Assembly: GCA_965208575.1 (NCBI GenBank)
Contig: CBDBOV010000004.1
Location: 320,001-384,000, forward strand
Origin: Spirochaetia bacterium
GTDB taxonomy: Bacteria; Spirochaetota; Spirochaetia; SZUA-6; Bin103
Direction: 5' to 3'
DNA: 64,000 nt
Shown: piece after piece, positions 18,303 to 27,285 of the stretch
Layout of the letters: the number at the start of each line of letters is the position of its first letter
Numbering within the stretch: position 1 is the first letter of the stretch
Made by a program: the position numbers and the translations under genes
Notes under the pieces: generated by a model
What the model saw: only the letters and a program-made list of their open reading frames with translations
The model's database searches: none
Told to the model about the DNA's origin: nothing

Positions 18303-19937
18303 ATGACAGGATATGACGTAATGGCGCAGGTGCTCGCGGCGGAAGGAGTGACCTTTCTGTCCGCGTTTCCGCTGCAGAACCTGATCGAAAGCAGCGCAAA
18401 GATCGGCATTCGACCGGTGATTTGCCGCCAGGAGCGGACCGGCGTGAATATCGCCGACGGGTACGCGCGGGTGACCAACGGCGCCGGTCTCGGCGTGTTC
18501 ACCATGCAGTACGGTCCCGGCGCGGAGAACGCGTTCGCCGGCGTGGCCCAGGCATTCGCGGACTCGGTGCCGATGCTGCATCTTGCCGGCGGTTCGCCAA
18601 GTGGCCGCCAGGGTGTGCCGCCCACGTTCGACCCGGTGCGCGCCTACCGCTCGGTGACCAAGTGGGCGGCGCAGATCCGCACCGCCGCGGACGTGCCGGC
18701 GATGATGCGGCGCGCCCTCGGCCAGCTTCGTAACGGCCGGCGCGGCCCGGTGCTGCTGGAGATGGTCCATGACGCGATGAGCCAGGACTGTCCCGGCGCC
18801 AGCGTGGACTACACGCCGGTGCGGGGGCACCGCTCGGCGGCCGCGAGCGAGGATGTGCGCGACCTGGTCGCGGCGCTGCTCGCCGCCCGCAACCCGATCG
18901 TGGTGGCCGGCCAGGGCGTGCTGTACGGCGAGGCCACCGCGGAACTGGTGGCGTTCGCCGAGCTGGCACAGATCCCGGTGATGACCACCCTCGCGGGCAA
19001 GAGCGCATTCCCGGAACACCACGCGCTCGCGCTCGGCACCGGCGGCCTGACGCGCACCCTGATGGTGTCGCGCTTCCTCGCCGAGGCGGACCTGATCATC
19101 GGGATCGGCACCAGCTTCACGATCAACACCTTCACCACGCCGATGCCGGCGGGCACCGCGAAAGCGCAGGTCACCAACTGCGGCGAGGACATCGGCAAGG
19201 ACTACCCGGTGGCGCTGGGAGCGGTCGGCGATGCGGCGCTGGTGCTGGCACAGATGAGCGAGGAGTACCGGCGCCAGGACGGCCCGCAGGTGCGTGGCGA
19301 CGGCAACGGTGCCGCGGCTCGCGTGGCGGCAGTGGCGGAGGAGTTCACGCGGCAGTGGGAGCCGCACGCCACCTCCGACGAGGTTCCGATCAGCCCTTAC
19401 CGGGTGATTCGCGAACTGCAGCGGGAGTTCGGCGCGGCCGACACCATTATCACGCACGATTCGGGCTATCCGCGAGACCAACTGGTGCCGATGTGGAAGA
19501 GCGAGGTGCCGCGCGGCTACATCGGCTGGGGCAAGTCGACGCAGCTCGGCTACGGGCTCGGGCTGGCCATCGGAGCGAAGCTGGCGGCGCCGGAGAAGCA
19601 CGTGATCAACCTGATGGGAGAGGCGGCGTTCGGCATGTCGGGGCTCGACGTGGAGACCGCGGTGAGGTCGGAGATCCCGATCCTGACCGTGGTGCTCAAC
19701 AACGGGGTCATGACCAAGTACGACAGCCACATGCCGAACGCTTCGCAGCGGTACGGCAGCAACCGGCTGGGCGGCAACTACGCCCAAGTCGGCGGCGCGC
19801 TCGGCGCGCATGCCGAACGGGTGAGCGCGCCCGGCGAGCTGGCGGGGGCGCTGCGCCGTGCCCGGGCAGCCAACCGTGACGGCAGACCGGCGCTGGTGGA
19901 GGTGATGAGCAAGGTGGAACCGCAGGTGTCCACCTGA
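18303..19937 (+). CDS. Thiamine pyrophosphate-requiring enzyme (acetolactate synthase-like family)
   Basis: RQER, ADGYAR, GPG..N, GPVLLE, AGQGV and a GEAAFG...LNN TPP motif. Confidence 0.9.
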   Translation: MTGYDVMAQVLAAEGVTFLSAFPLQNLIESSAKIGIRPVICRQERTGVNIADGYARVTNGAGLGVFTMQYGPGAENAFAGVAQAFADSVPMLHLAGGSPSGRQGVPPTFDPVRAYRSVTKWAAQIRTAADVPAMMRRALGQLRNGRRGPVLLEMVHDAMSQDCPGASVDYTPVRGHRSAAASEDVRDLVAALLAARNPIVVAGQGVLYGEATAELVAFAELAQIPVMTTLAGKSAFPEHHALALGTGGLTRTLMVSRFLAEADLIIGIGTSFTINTFTTPMPAGTAKAQVTNCGEDIGKDYPVALGAVGDAALVLAQMSEEYRRQDGPQVRGDGNGAAARVAAVAEEFTRQWEPHATSDEVPISPYRVIRELQREFGAADTIITHDSGYPRDQLVPMWKSEVPRGYIGWGKSTQLGYGLGLAIGAKLAAPEKHVINLMGEAAFGMSGLDVETAVRSEIPILTVVLNNGVMTKYDSHMPNASQRYGSNRLGGNYAQVGGALGAHAERVSAPGELAGALRRARAANRDGRPALVEVMSKVEPQVST

Positions 19938-20054
19938 CCAGGGCCGCGGGTCCGCGCGCCCCGGGAGCCGCGCCCCGTGCGCCGTGCGCCGGTAGCAGCG
20001 CGCGGCGCACTCCGGCTGCCCGTGAGCAGCGCGGCGCCGGGCTCTACCGGACTG

Positions 20055-21251
20055 CTACGCCGCGGGCTCCGACTCGGTTCCGGTGGCGAGCCGCAACGCC
20101 ATGCGGCAGGCCAGTTCGAAGTCGTCCAGGTCCAGGGTTTCGTTGATGGTGTGGGCGTTGCGCTGGCCAACGCCCATGGTGACCGTGGGAATGCCGCGCG
20201 CGGTGAGCGAGTTGGCGTCCAGCCCGCCGTCGGCGACGTGGAACTCCGCGGTAGCGCCGGCACTCTCCGCCGCGGCCGCCGCCGCCAGCACACACGGTTC
20301 GTTGAGCGGCAGCTTGAATGACTCGTAGTCCAGCGTCGTCGACACCTTGACGCGTCCGGTGACGCCGTCGACGTTGATCGCCCGGCCGGCCGCGCGCCGG
20401 AACGCGTGCTCGAACTCGCGCACGATGCGCTTGCGGAACGCGGAATCGTGACTGCGCGCCTCGGCGCGGACGACGGCGCGGTCGGTGACCACGTTGGTGG
20501 CGTCGCCGGCCTGGATCACGCCCACGTTGCTGGTTCCGCTGCCCTCGTCTTTCTCCACCTTGCCATGCCAGCCGGCCCGGTCCAGGTCGGCGATGGCGCG
20601 CGCGGCGATGGCGATCGCGCTCACCCCGCGCTCCGGCGCGCCGCCGGCGTGACTGGCTACCCCGCCAACTTCGACGTGCATGCGATACGCGCCGGTGGCG
20701 CCCACCACCAACCGCGCTGCGCCACCGCCGTCCCAGTTGAAGGCGAGCCGCGGATTGCCCAGCGTCGCCTTCGAAACGCGCTGCGAACCCTGCAGCCCCA
20801 CCTCTTCCTGAACGAACCAGCAGAACGTCACCGGCGGATGCGGCAGTCCCCGCTCCACGATCTCCAGCGCAGCCGCCAGCAGCACGGCGCACGCCGCGCG
20901 ATTGTCGGCGCCGAGGCCCGTGCCGCGGCTCGCCGAGCGCACTTCGCGCCCGCGCAGCAGCGGCTTGCTGCCGACGCAGATTGGCACGGTGTCCAGGTGG
21001 CCGGCGAGCAGCCGCCGCGCACCGCGCCGCGTTCCCTTCAGCTTGAGGATCAGGTTGCCGGTATCGCCCTTGAGCGGAGTGCGGCGCTGCACGCGGTCGC
21101 TGACGATGATCTCGGCCGGTACCCCGGCCGCGCGCAGCTTGCCGGTGACGTAACGCGAGACCTCCCCTTCCTCGCCGCTCTTGCCGGGAATGGCCATCAG
21201 TTCCATGGCCAGGTCGCGCGCCCGGGACAGGTCAGGTTCCCACTCACTCAT
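20055..21251 (-). CDS. M20 family metallopeptidase (PepT-like)
   Basis: HLDTV, LGADN, QEEVG, SHAGGAPE, NVGVI, GGLDAN and NAHT..E motifs. Confidence 0.92.
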   Translation of the reverse strand: MSEWEPDLSRARDLAMELMAIPGKSGEEGEVSRYVTGKLRAAGVPAEIIVSDRVQRRTPLKGDTGNLILKLKGTRRGARRLLAGHLDTVPICVGSKPLLRGREVRSASRGTGLGADNRAACAVLLAAALEIVERGLPHPPVTFCWFVQEEVGLQGSQRVSKATLGNPRLAFNWDGGGAARLVVGATGAYRMHVEVGGVASHAGGAPERGVSAIAIAARAIADLDRAGWHGKVEKDEGSGTSNVGVIQAGDATNVVTDRAVVRAEARSHDSAFRKRIVREFEHAFRRAAGRAINVDGVTGRVKVSTTLDYESFKLPLNEPCVLAAAAAAESAGATAEFHVADGGLDANSLTARGIPTVTMGVGQRNAHTINETLDLDDFELACRMALRLATGTESEPAA

Positions 21252-21450
21252 GGTACGGATGGTGCTCGATGTGGAAGTTCATGTGCAATTCAGAAATCAA
21301 ACCAGCGGTCCACGATGACGGTACAGGTAGATAGCCGAAAAACGGACATCGTGTCCAGTAACCCGATGTGGTTGTGGTGCGTCGTCACCGCATACCCACG
21401 CACCCCAATCTACCACACCGAAGACCCGCTTTGCTATGCTCGGAGGCGCA

Positions 21451-21529
21451 ATGCGTTACGTGATTCTGGGGGCCGGGGCGCTACAGCATCGCCGAACTCA
21501 CCCGCGAAGCGCAATCCGCGGCGACCTGA
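21451..21529 (+). pseudogene. Internally deleted ketopantoate-reductase-like gene (N- and C-termini fused)
   Basis: TATGCT -10, GGAGG SD and MRYVILGAGA. A second frame reads PGRYSIAELTREAQSAAT-stop. The two overlap on CCGGGGCG. Confidence 0.55.
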
Positions 21530-21742
21530 ACCTCCCTGAATCTGAACAGTCGCACTGCACCGACCGCACCGCACCGAACGACCTTGACTCTCGCTCAGCT
21601 TGTGCCAGTATGTACGATGGCAGTTCGTAGCAGACGGGCTGATCGTCGCGGATCCAGCCCGGGCGTGGCGTCCGGACGGGGTTCGCCATCGTGGCGGAGG
21701 CAGGATGCCAAGCGTGCGGCCCGCTCGTGCGAGGAGGCTCTC

Positions 21743-23383
21743 ATGAAGGAGCTATGGTTCGTATTGATCGTACTCGTGACCGTGTGCGGAATCGGCTTCG
21801 CATCCGGGGAAGAAGAGGCCGGCGCCGCCGGGGAGGTGCCGCTGCTCACCATGTTCGGCGGCCAGAGGGCCTCCATCGATACGCTGGACTCGCCCGACAA
21901 CGAGTACACGGCATTCATGGAGGAGAAGTTCGGCGTCAAGATCGAGTGGGTGGCGGTCCCGGCCGAAGACCGGCGCAACAAGCAGAACCTGATGTTGTCC
22001 GCCGGCGACTACCCGCCGCTGTTCTGGCAGGGCAGCTTCAACAACGCCGAGCAGATTCGTTATGGCACCGAGGGTGTCCTGCAGCCGCTCAACGACCTGA
22101 TCGACAACAAAGCCCCCGACATCCTGCAAGCGTTTGCATTCAAGCCCTACTTCCGCCCGGAGGTCACCACGCCGGACGGCAACATTTACACGCTGCCGCA
22201 CTTCGAGGAGTGCGTGCACTGCTCGGTGTCGCAGAAGCTGTGGATCAACCAGACCTGGTTGGACAAGCTTGGATTGCCGATTCCGGAGACTACCGCCGAA
22301 TTCGAAGACACGCTCATGGCGTTCAAGACGGGCGATCCGAATGGCAACGGCAAGACCGACGAGATTCCGCTCACCGGAGTCACCGCACCGAGCCACTACA
22401 GGGTGTACAACTTTCTGCTCAGCGCGTTCATCTACAACGACGGCCGCACCTTCCTGTACATCAACGACGACGGTCTGCCCGCTTTCGCAGCCAACAAGCC
22501 GCAATGGCGGCAAGGTCTGCGCTACCTTCGCCGACTGTACGAGAACGGCCTGATCGATCCGCAATCCTTCACCCAGGATCGGACTACGGGGCGGGCCGTG
22601 GTGAACGGCGATCCGGCCGTGGTGGGCGCCTTTTCGGCCAGTCACCCGCGCGGCATGGCGCGCAACGAGGGACTCTGGCAGCAGTTCGTGGCGGTCACAC
22701 CGTTGCGCGGTCCGGAGGGGGTACAGTTCTCCGCCTACTACCCGTCGGGCGTGGGTATCGGCAAATTCGCTGTCACTGACAAGGCCACCGCGATCCAGGC
22801 GCAGAAGGCGATAGAGATGGCCAACTGGGCTTATACCCACGAGGGGACCGTCAGCGAGATCTGGGGAGTCGCCACCAACAAGGAGGGCACCGTGAACTGG
22901 CGCTGGGCGGAACCGGGCGAACTGGGGCTGCACGGCCAGCCGGCCATCTACTGGGGCTCGCCGCACGCCTGGGACCGCAGCTCACGCACCGACTCGTGGG
23001 GGATGGAGTTGATCTTCTGGCATCGCGATCTGTTCAACGGTTGGGCTGCCAACCAGGACGTGACGCAAATCGAGGGATACGAACGGCTGCTGTACCTGGA
23101 GAGCCAGAAGTACCTGCCCTACGTGCCGGATGAACTGGTCCCGTTCGGCACCCGCGGCACCGGCGGCCTGTACTTCACCGAAGACAAGTCGCAGCGCGTC
23201 GCTCAGATCACCGCCGAGATAGCCACCTACGTGCAGCAGAACGTTGCCGCCTTCATCGTCGGTCAGCGCGACCTCGATGCTGACTGGGAGAGTTACGCCC
23301 GCGGTTTCGACGGTCTCGGCCTGGAGTGGTACCTGCAGACGATCCGGGACGCCATGGAGGCTGCCGCCGCCCTCAACGCCTGA
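21743..23383 (+). CDS. Extracellular solute-binding protein, family 1 (LplA-like)
   Basis: GAGGAGG SD, signal peptide ending FASGEEE, LSAGDYP, TPDGNIY, WINQTWLDKLGL and DPNGNGKTDEIP. Confidence 0.92.
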   Translation: MKELWFVLIVLVTVCGIGFASGEEEAGAAGEVPLLTMFGGQRASIDTLDSPDNEYTAFMEEKFGVKIEWVAVPAEDRRNKQNLMLSAGDYPPLFWQGSFNNAEQIRYGTEGVLQPLNDLIDNKAPDILQAFAFKPYFRPEVTTPDGNIYTLPHFEECVHCSVSQKLWINQTWLDKLGLPIPETTAEFEDTLMAFKTGDPNGNGKTDEIPLTGVTAPSHYRVYNFLLSAFIYNDGRTFLYINDDGLPAFAANKPQWRQGLRYLRRLYENGLIDPQSFTQDRTTGRAVVNGDPAVVGAFSASHPRGMARNEGLWQQFVAVTPLRGPEGVQFSAYYPSGVGIGKFAVTDKATAIQAQKAIEMANWAYTHEGTVSEIWGVATNKEGTVNWRWAEPGELGLHGQPAIYWGSPHAWDRSSRTDSWGMELIFWHRDLFNGWAANQDVTQIEGYERLLYLESQKYLPYVPDELVPFGTRGTGGLYFTEDKSQRVAQITAEIATYVQQNVAAFIVGQRDLDADWESYARGFDGLGLEWYLQTIRDAMEAAAALNA

Positions 23384-23455
23384 TACGGCACCTGCGTCCG
23401 CGCGGGTTGGATGTCACGCACGGCATCGCGCGATGAGCAGGCCCCCACAAGAGCA

Positions 23456-23480
23456 GGGCCGCTCCTTTCCGGAGCGGCCC
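23456..23480. terminator. GC-rich hairpin between convergent binding-protein genes (possible bidirectional terminator)
   Basis: GGGCCGCTCC-TTTCC-GGAGCGGCCC, a perfect 10-bp stem without a U-tract. Confidence 0.45.
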
Positions 23481-23511
23481 AGCAAATCGAACGAAGGTGT
23501 TGGACGGTCAG

Positions 23512-25158
23512 CTACTGCATCGCGGCTGCGGCGTCCATCGCCTCCTGGAAGGTGTCGACGTACTCCTGGATGCCCAGGGCATCGAGGCCGGCAACGTAGG
23601 CATCCCAATCGCTGTCCAGGTCCTTCTGGCCGGTGATGAATGCAGCCATGTGCTGGCGCACGTAGGTCTGTGTCTCGGCCTGAATCTGGGCGATCCGCTG
23701 GGCGACCTCTTCGGGGAAGTAGAGTCCGCCCGAAGTACCGCGGCCAATCGGAATGCGCATGTCCGGCGGCGGCACGTGCGGGATGTACTTGTCGCTCTCC
23801 ACGACCAGGAACCGCTCGTAACCGGCGATTGAGGTGATGTCCTGATCAGCCACCCAGCCGTTGAACAGGTCGAAGTGCCAGAAGATCAGCTCCATTCTCC
23901 AGGTGTCCCTGCTCGGCGGAGCGTCCGCGGCATGCGGTGCACCCCAGTAGATGCCGGGCTGGCCGTTCAGGCCCAGTTCGCCCTCCTTGGCCCAACGCCA
24001 GTTGACCTTGCCCTCGGAGTTCGTCGGCAGGCCAAAGATCTCCATGATCGTGCCTTCTTCGGTATAGGCGAAGTTGGCCATCTCCATCGCCTTGCGCGCC
24101 TGGGCGTCGCTCGCCTTGTCGGTGATGGCGAACTTCCCACGGCTGACGCCGGAGGGCCAGTAAGCGGTCTGGCGCAGACCCGTGGGACCCATCAGCGGCG
24201 GTACCGCCCGGTACTGCGGCCATAGGCTGTCGTCGGTGTCACGCGGAAACATGCGGTTGTGACCCGCGGTGTAGGAGCCGATCACGGTCGTTTCAGCGTT
24301 CATCACCGCGCGTCCGGCATCGAGGTTCTGGGTGAATGCCTGCGGGTCGATCAGCCCCTGCTTGTACAGGTTGTGCATGTAACGCAGGCCCTCACGCCAC
24401 TCCGGTTTGTTGGCGTTGAAGTCCACTTCCTTGTTGTGGTTCATGTACAGGTAACTGGCGCCGTCGTTGTAGATGAACGGATTCATCGGGTAGTCGTAGA
24501 CGTCCGCGGACCAGGTGCCGGTGGCGCCGGTCAAGGGGATCTCGTCCGCTTCGCCGTTGCCATTGGGATCCTGATGCTTGAAAGCCAGCAGCACCGCCTC
24601 CAGGTCGTCGGTGGTGTCGGGCACCTGCAGGCCCAGGTTGTCCAGCCAGGTGTTGTTCATCCACAACTTCTGCCGCACTGAGCAGTGGTAGCACTCCTCG
24701 AAGTGGGGCAGCGTGTAGATGTTGCCGTCCGGCGTGGTGATCTCGGGCCGGAAGTAGGGCTTGAACTCGAACGCGGCCAGAATGTCCGGAGCATGGTCGA
24801 TCAGGTCGTTCAGCGGTTGCAGAACGCCCTGGCCGCCGTAGCGCATCTGGTCGGCGTTGGTGAAGTTGCCCGACCAGAAGATCTCCGGATAGTCACCGGA
24901 TGCCAACAGCAGGCTCTGCTTCTCTCTCGCCTCCTGGCTCGGCACCACCACCCATTCGATCTTTACGCCGAATTTCTCTTCCATCCAGACGGTGTACTCG
25001 TTTTCCGGCGAATCCACGGTCTCGACTCTCGGGGATATTCTGCCGAACATGGTCAGGCTGACCACGTCTCCCGAGGCAGCGGCCTCGCCCTCGCCCGCGG
25101 CGAAGGCCAACGTGCCGGCCAACAGCAGTACGGCCAGCGTCAATAGAGTCTTTCTCAC
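23512..25158 (-). CDS. Extracellular solute-binding protein, family 1 (LplA-like), paralog of 21743-23383
   Basis: AAGGAGGAG SD before GTG, signal peptide ending AFAAGEGE, LASGDYP and DPNGNGEADEIP. Confidence 0.92.
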   Translation of the reverse strand: MRKTLLTLAVLLLAGTLAFAAGEGEAAASGDVVSLTMFGRISPRVETVDSPENEYTVWMEEKFGVKIEWVVVPSQEAREKQSLLLASGDYPEIFWSGNFTNADQMRYGGQGVLQPLNDLIDHAPDILAAFEFKPYFRPEITTPDGNIYTLPHFEECYHCSVRQKLWMNNTWLDNLGLQVPDTTDDLEAVLLAFKHQDPNGNGEADEIPLTGATGTWSADVYDYPMNPFIYNDGASYLYMNHNKEVDFNANKPEWREGLRYMHNLYKQGLIDPQAFTQNLDAGRAVMNAETTVIGSYTAGHNRMFPRDTDDSLWPQYRAVPPLMGPTGLRQTAYWPSGVSRGKFAITDKASDAQARKAMEMANFAYTEEGTIMEIFGLPTNSEGKVNWRWAKEGELGLNGQPGIYWGAPHAADAPPSRDTWRMELIFWHFDLFNGWVADQDITSIAGYERFLVVESDKYIPHVPPPDMRIPIGRGTSGGLYFPEEVAQRIAQIQAETQTYVRQHMAAFITGQKDLDSDWDAYVAGLDALGIQEYVDTFQEAMDAAAAMQ

Positions 25159-25220
25159 TTGGAAAGCTCCTCCTTGCATTTGTGATTTCCCGGTGCAACG
25201 CACCGTAGTGGAATCCATGG

Positions 25221-26138
25221 TCAACCCTTCAGCGATCCGATCATCACACCCTTGACAAAGTGTTTTTGAGCAAAGGGATAGAGAACCATCACGGGCACGC
25301 TTGCGATCACGATTACGGCGTACTTGAGGATGTCGATCAGGCCCTCGCGGGCGATCTCCTCACTGGCACGCATGGTGGCGCGGGTGGCGTCATTGAGAAT
25401 CAACACGTTGCGCAGGATGATCTGCAGCGGAAACAGGTCGGTCTGGTGCAGGTACACGAGTGCGTCGAAGTAGGCGTTCCAGTGCCCGACCGCATACAAC
25501 AGGACCAGCACCGCGATGATCGGCTTCGACAGCGGCAGCACCACCGCCCACACGAAGCCCAGGTCGCTGCAGCCGTCGATGTCCGCCGCCTCCACCAGTT
25601 CATCGGCGATGGTGGACTGGAAGAAGGTGCGTGCGATGATCACCTGCCACACCGCCAGCGCCTGCGGCAGCACCATCGCCAGACGCGTGTTGAGAATGCC
25701 CACGGCACGGACCGTCAGGTAGGTCGGAATCAGGCCGCCGTAGAACATGAGCGTGAACACCAGTCCCATCATGATCACCTTGCGGCCGTAGAAGTCGCGC
25801 CGCGACAGCGGGTAGGCGATCAGGATGGTCATGACCACGTTGATCAGCGTGCCGAATGCTGTGTAAATGACGCTGTTCTGGAAGCCGCGCAGGATCTGCG
25901 GGTATGCGAACGCGGTCTGGTACCCGTGCAGGGTCGGCTCGACGGGCAGCAGCCACACCTTGCCGGTGGTCACCGCGTGCCCGGAACTGAACGAGGAACT
26001 GATCACGTAGATGAGCGGATACAGCACCATGATCAAGATGAGGGAGAGGAACATGGTCACGAACACCAGGAACACCCGGTCGCCGAACGACTCCCGGATG
26101 CGGGTGCCCGGCAGCCGCGCCGCGGCGGACTCGGTCAC
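25221..26138 (-). CDS. Carbohydrate ABC permease (LplC-like)
   Basis: AYPLSR, GGLIP, EAADIDG, LPLSKP, HWNAYF and YPFAQKHFVKGVMIGSLKG. GTGA overlap with the upstream gene. Confidence 0.93.
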   Translation of the reverse strand: MTESAAARLPGTRIRESFGDRVFLVFVTMFLSLILIMVLYPLIYVISSSFSSGHAVTTGKVWLLPVEPTLHGYQTAFAYPQILRGFQNSVIYTAFGTLINVVMTILIAYPLSRRDFYGRKVIMMGLVFTLMFYGGLIPTYLTVRAVGILNTRLAMVLPQALAVWQVIIARTFFQSTIADELVEAADIDGCSDLGFVWAVVLPLSKPIIAVLVLLYAVGHWNAYFDALVYLHQTDLFPLQIILRNVLILNDATRATMRASEEIAREGLIDILKYAVIVIASVPVMVLYPFAQKHFVKGVMIGSLKG

Positions 26139-27106
26139 CACAGGCTGTGCTCCGAGACGCGCCGCGCAATGGCGTTGATGACGATGATGAGGGTGAAGTT
26201 GATCACCGAGTTGAACAGGCCGACCGCGGCGCCGAAGCTGAAGCTGGCGTTGATCAGGCCGATCTTGTACACGTAGGTGGCGATCACCTCGGAGTTGGGC
26301 AGGTTGAGCGGGTTCTGCAGCAGGAACACCTTTTCGAAGCCGAGGTTCATCACCTCCCCGGACTGCAGGATGAGCAGGATGATGATGGTCGGCAGAATGC
26401 CGGTCAGGTCGATGTGGCGGATCTTCTGCAGGCGCGAGGCGCCGTCGATGCGCGCCGCCTCATACAGCTCCGGGTTGATGCCGGCGAGCGCGGCCATGTA
26501 GATGATGGCGCCGAACCCGGAGCGCTGCCAGATCTCCGAGAACACGTAGATCCACGGGAACGCCGCCGCAATGCCCATGAAGTCGACCGGCTCCCACCCC
26601 AGGAGGCGTGCCAGGTTGCCGGTGAATCCGACCCGCGGGTTGAGGAACAGGATGATCATCGACGCCATCACCACGGTGGAGATGAAGTGCGGGAAGTAGG
26701 TGACCATCTGCACCGAGCGCTTGAATGCGATGCTGCGCATCTCGTTGAGCGCGAGCGCCAGGATGATCGGCGACACGAAGCCGAGCGTCATCACCAGCAC
26801 GTTGATCGCCACCACGTTGCGGATCAGCGGGAAGAAGTTGGGCGACTTGAAGAACAGCAGGAAGTGTTCCAGCCCGACCCACTCGCTGCCCCAGATGCCC
26901 TGCACCGGCGAGTAGTCGCGGAACGCGATCTGGGCGCCCACCATCGGGATGTACTTGAAGATGATGACGTAGGCCAGCGGCAGCGCCACCATCAGGTAGT
27001 ACTGCCAGTGACGGCGTATCTTCATCCATGGCGTCCTGCGCCTGGCCGCGGCCTGCGCGCCGGCGGTCTCCACGCGCAAGGCGCCCGCGGTGTCGACGTT
27101 GCCCAT
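26135..27106 (-). CDS. Carbohydrate ABC permease (LplB-like)
   Basis: FKYIPM, WVGLEHF, PHFISTVV, LYEAARIDGA, GFEKVFLLQN and AAVGLFNS. GGAGG SD upstream. Confidence 0.93.
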   Translation of the reverse strand: MGNVDTAGALRVETAGAQAAARRRTPWMKIRRHWQYYLMVALPLAYVIIFKYIPMVGAQIAFRDYSPVQGIWGSEWVGLEHFLLFFKSPNFFPLIRNVVAINVLVMTLGFVSPIILALALNEMRSIAFKRSVQMVTYFPHFISTVVMASMIILFLNPRVGFTGNLARLLGWEPVDFMGIAAAFPWIYVFSEIWQRSGFGAIIYMAALAGINPELYEAARIDGASRLQKIRHIDLTGILPTIIILLILQSGEVMNLGFEKVFLLQNPLNLPNSEVIATYVYKIGLINASFSFGAAVGLFNSVINFTLIIVINAIARRVSEHSLW

Positions 27107-27154
27107 CAAACCTCCGTATTGCGACTGATGGTGAGGATGGCGTGAGTGCTCGGT

Positions 27155-27230
27155 AATATATACTGACGCCACGGAGCAGTGTCGAGTGCCGGTCAACGCC
27201 CGCAACGCCGGTCAGCCGGTCACCCGGTCA
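27155..27230 (-). promoter_or_regulatory. Sugar ABC operon promoter with upstream TGACCGG direct repeats
   Basis: TCGACA-17 bp-TATATA(TT). CCGGTCA occurs on the + strand at 27189, 27208, 27216 and 27224. Confidence 0.45.
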
Positions 27231-27285
27231 GCCGCCGAACCTGGCGAAGTGATCGTCTGCGCCCACACCCGACCGGGTCAGACGG

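Noticed and set aside
19938-20054. GC-rich inverted repeats between convergent genes as a REP or MITE
   Set aside because: Only short stems (GTGCGCCG/CGGCGCAC), no second copy seen in the window, and likely by chance at this GC.
21584-21742. N-terminal extensions in the ORF track (also 3329, 41809, 43993, 45291, 48484, 49665 and 41385)
   Set aside because: Downstream starts have an SD, a -10 box or a stop-start overlap, and they match family N-termini.
27189-27230. Short direct repeats as a mini-CRISPR or iterons
   Set aside because: Units are only 7-8 bp with no spacers, and no rep or cas gene is present.
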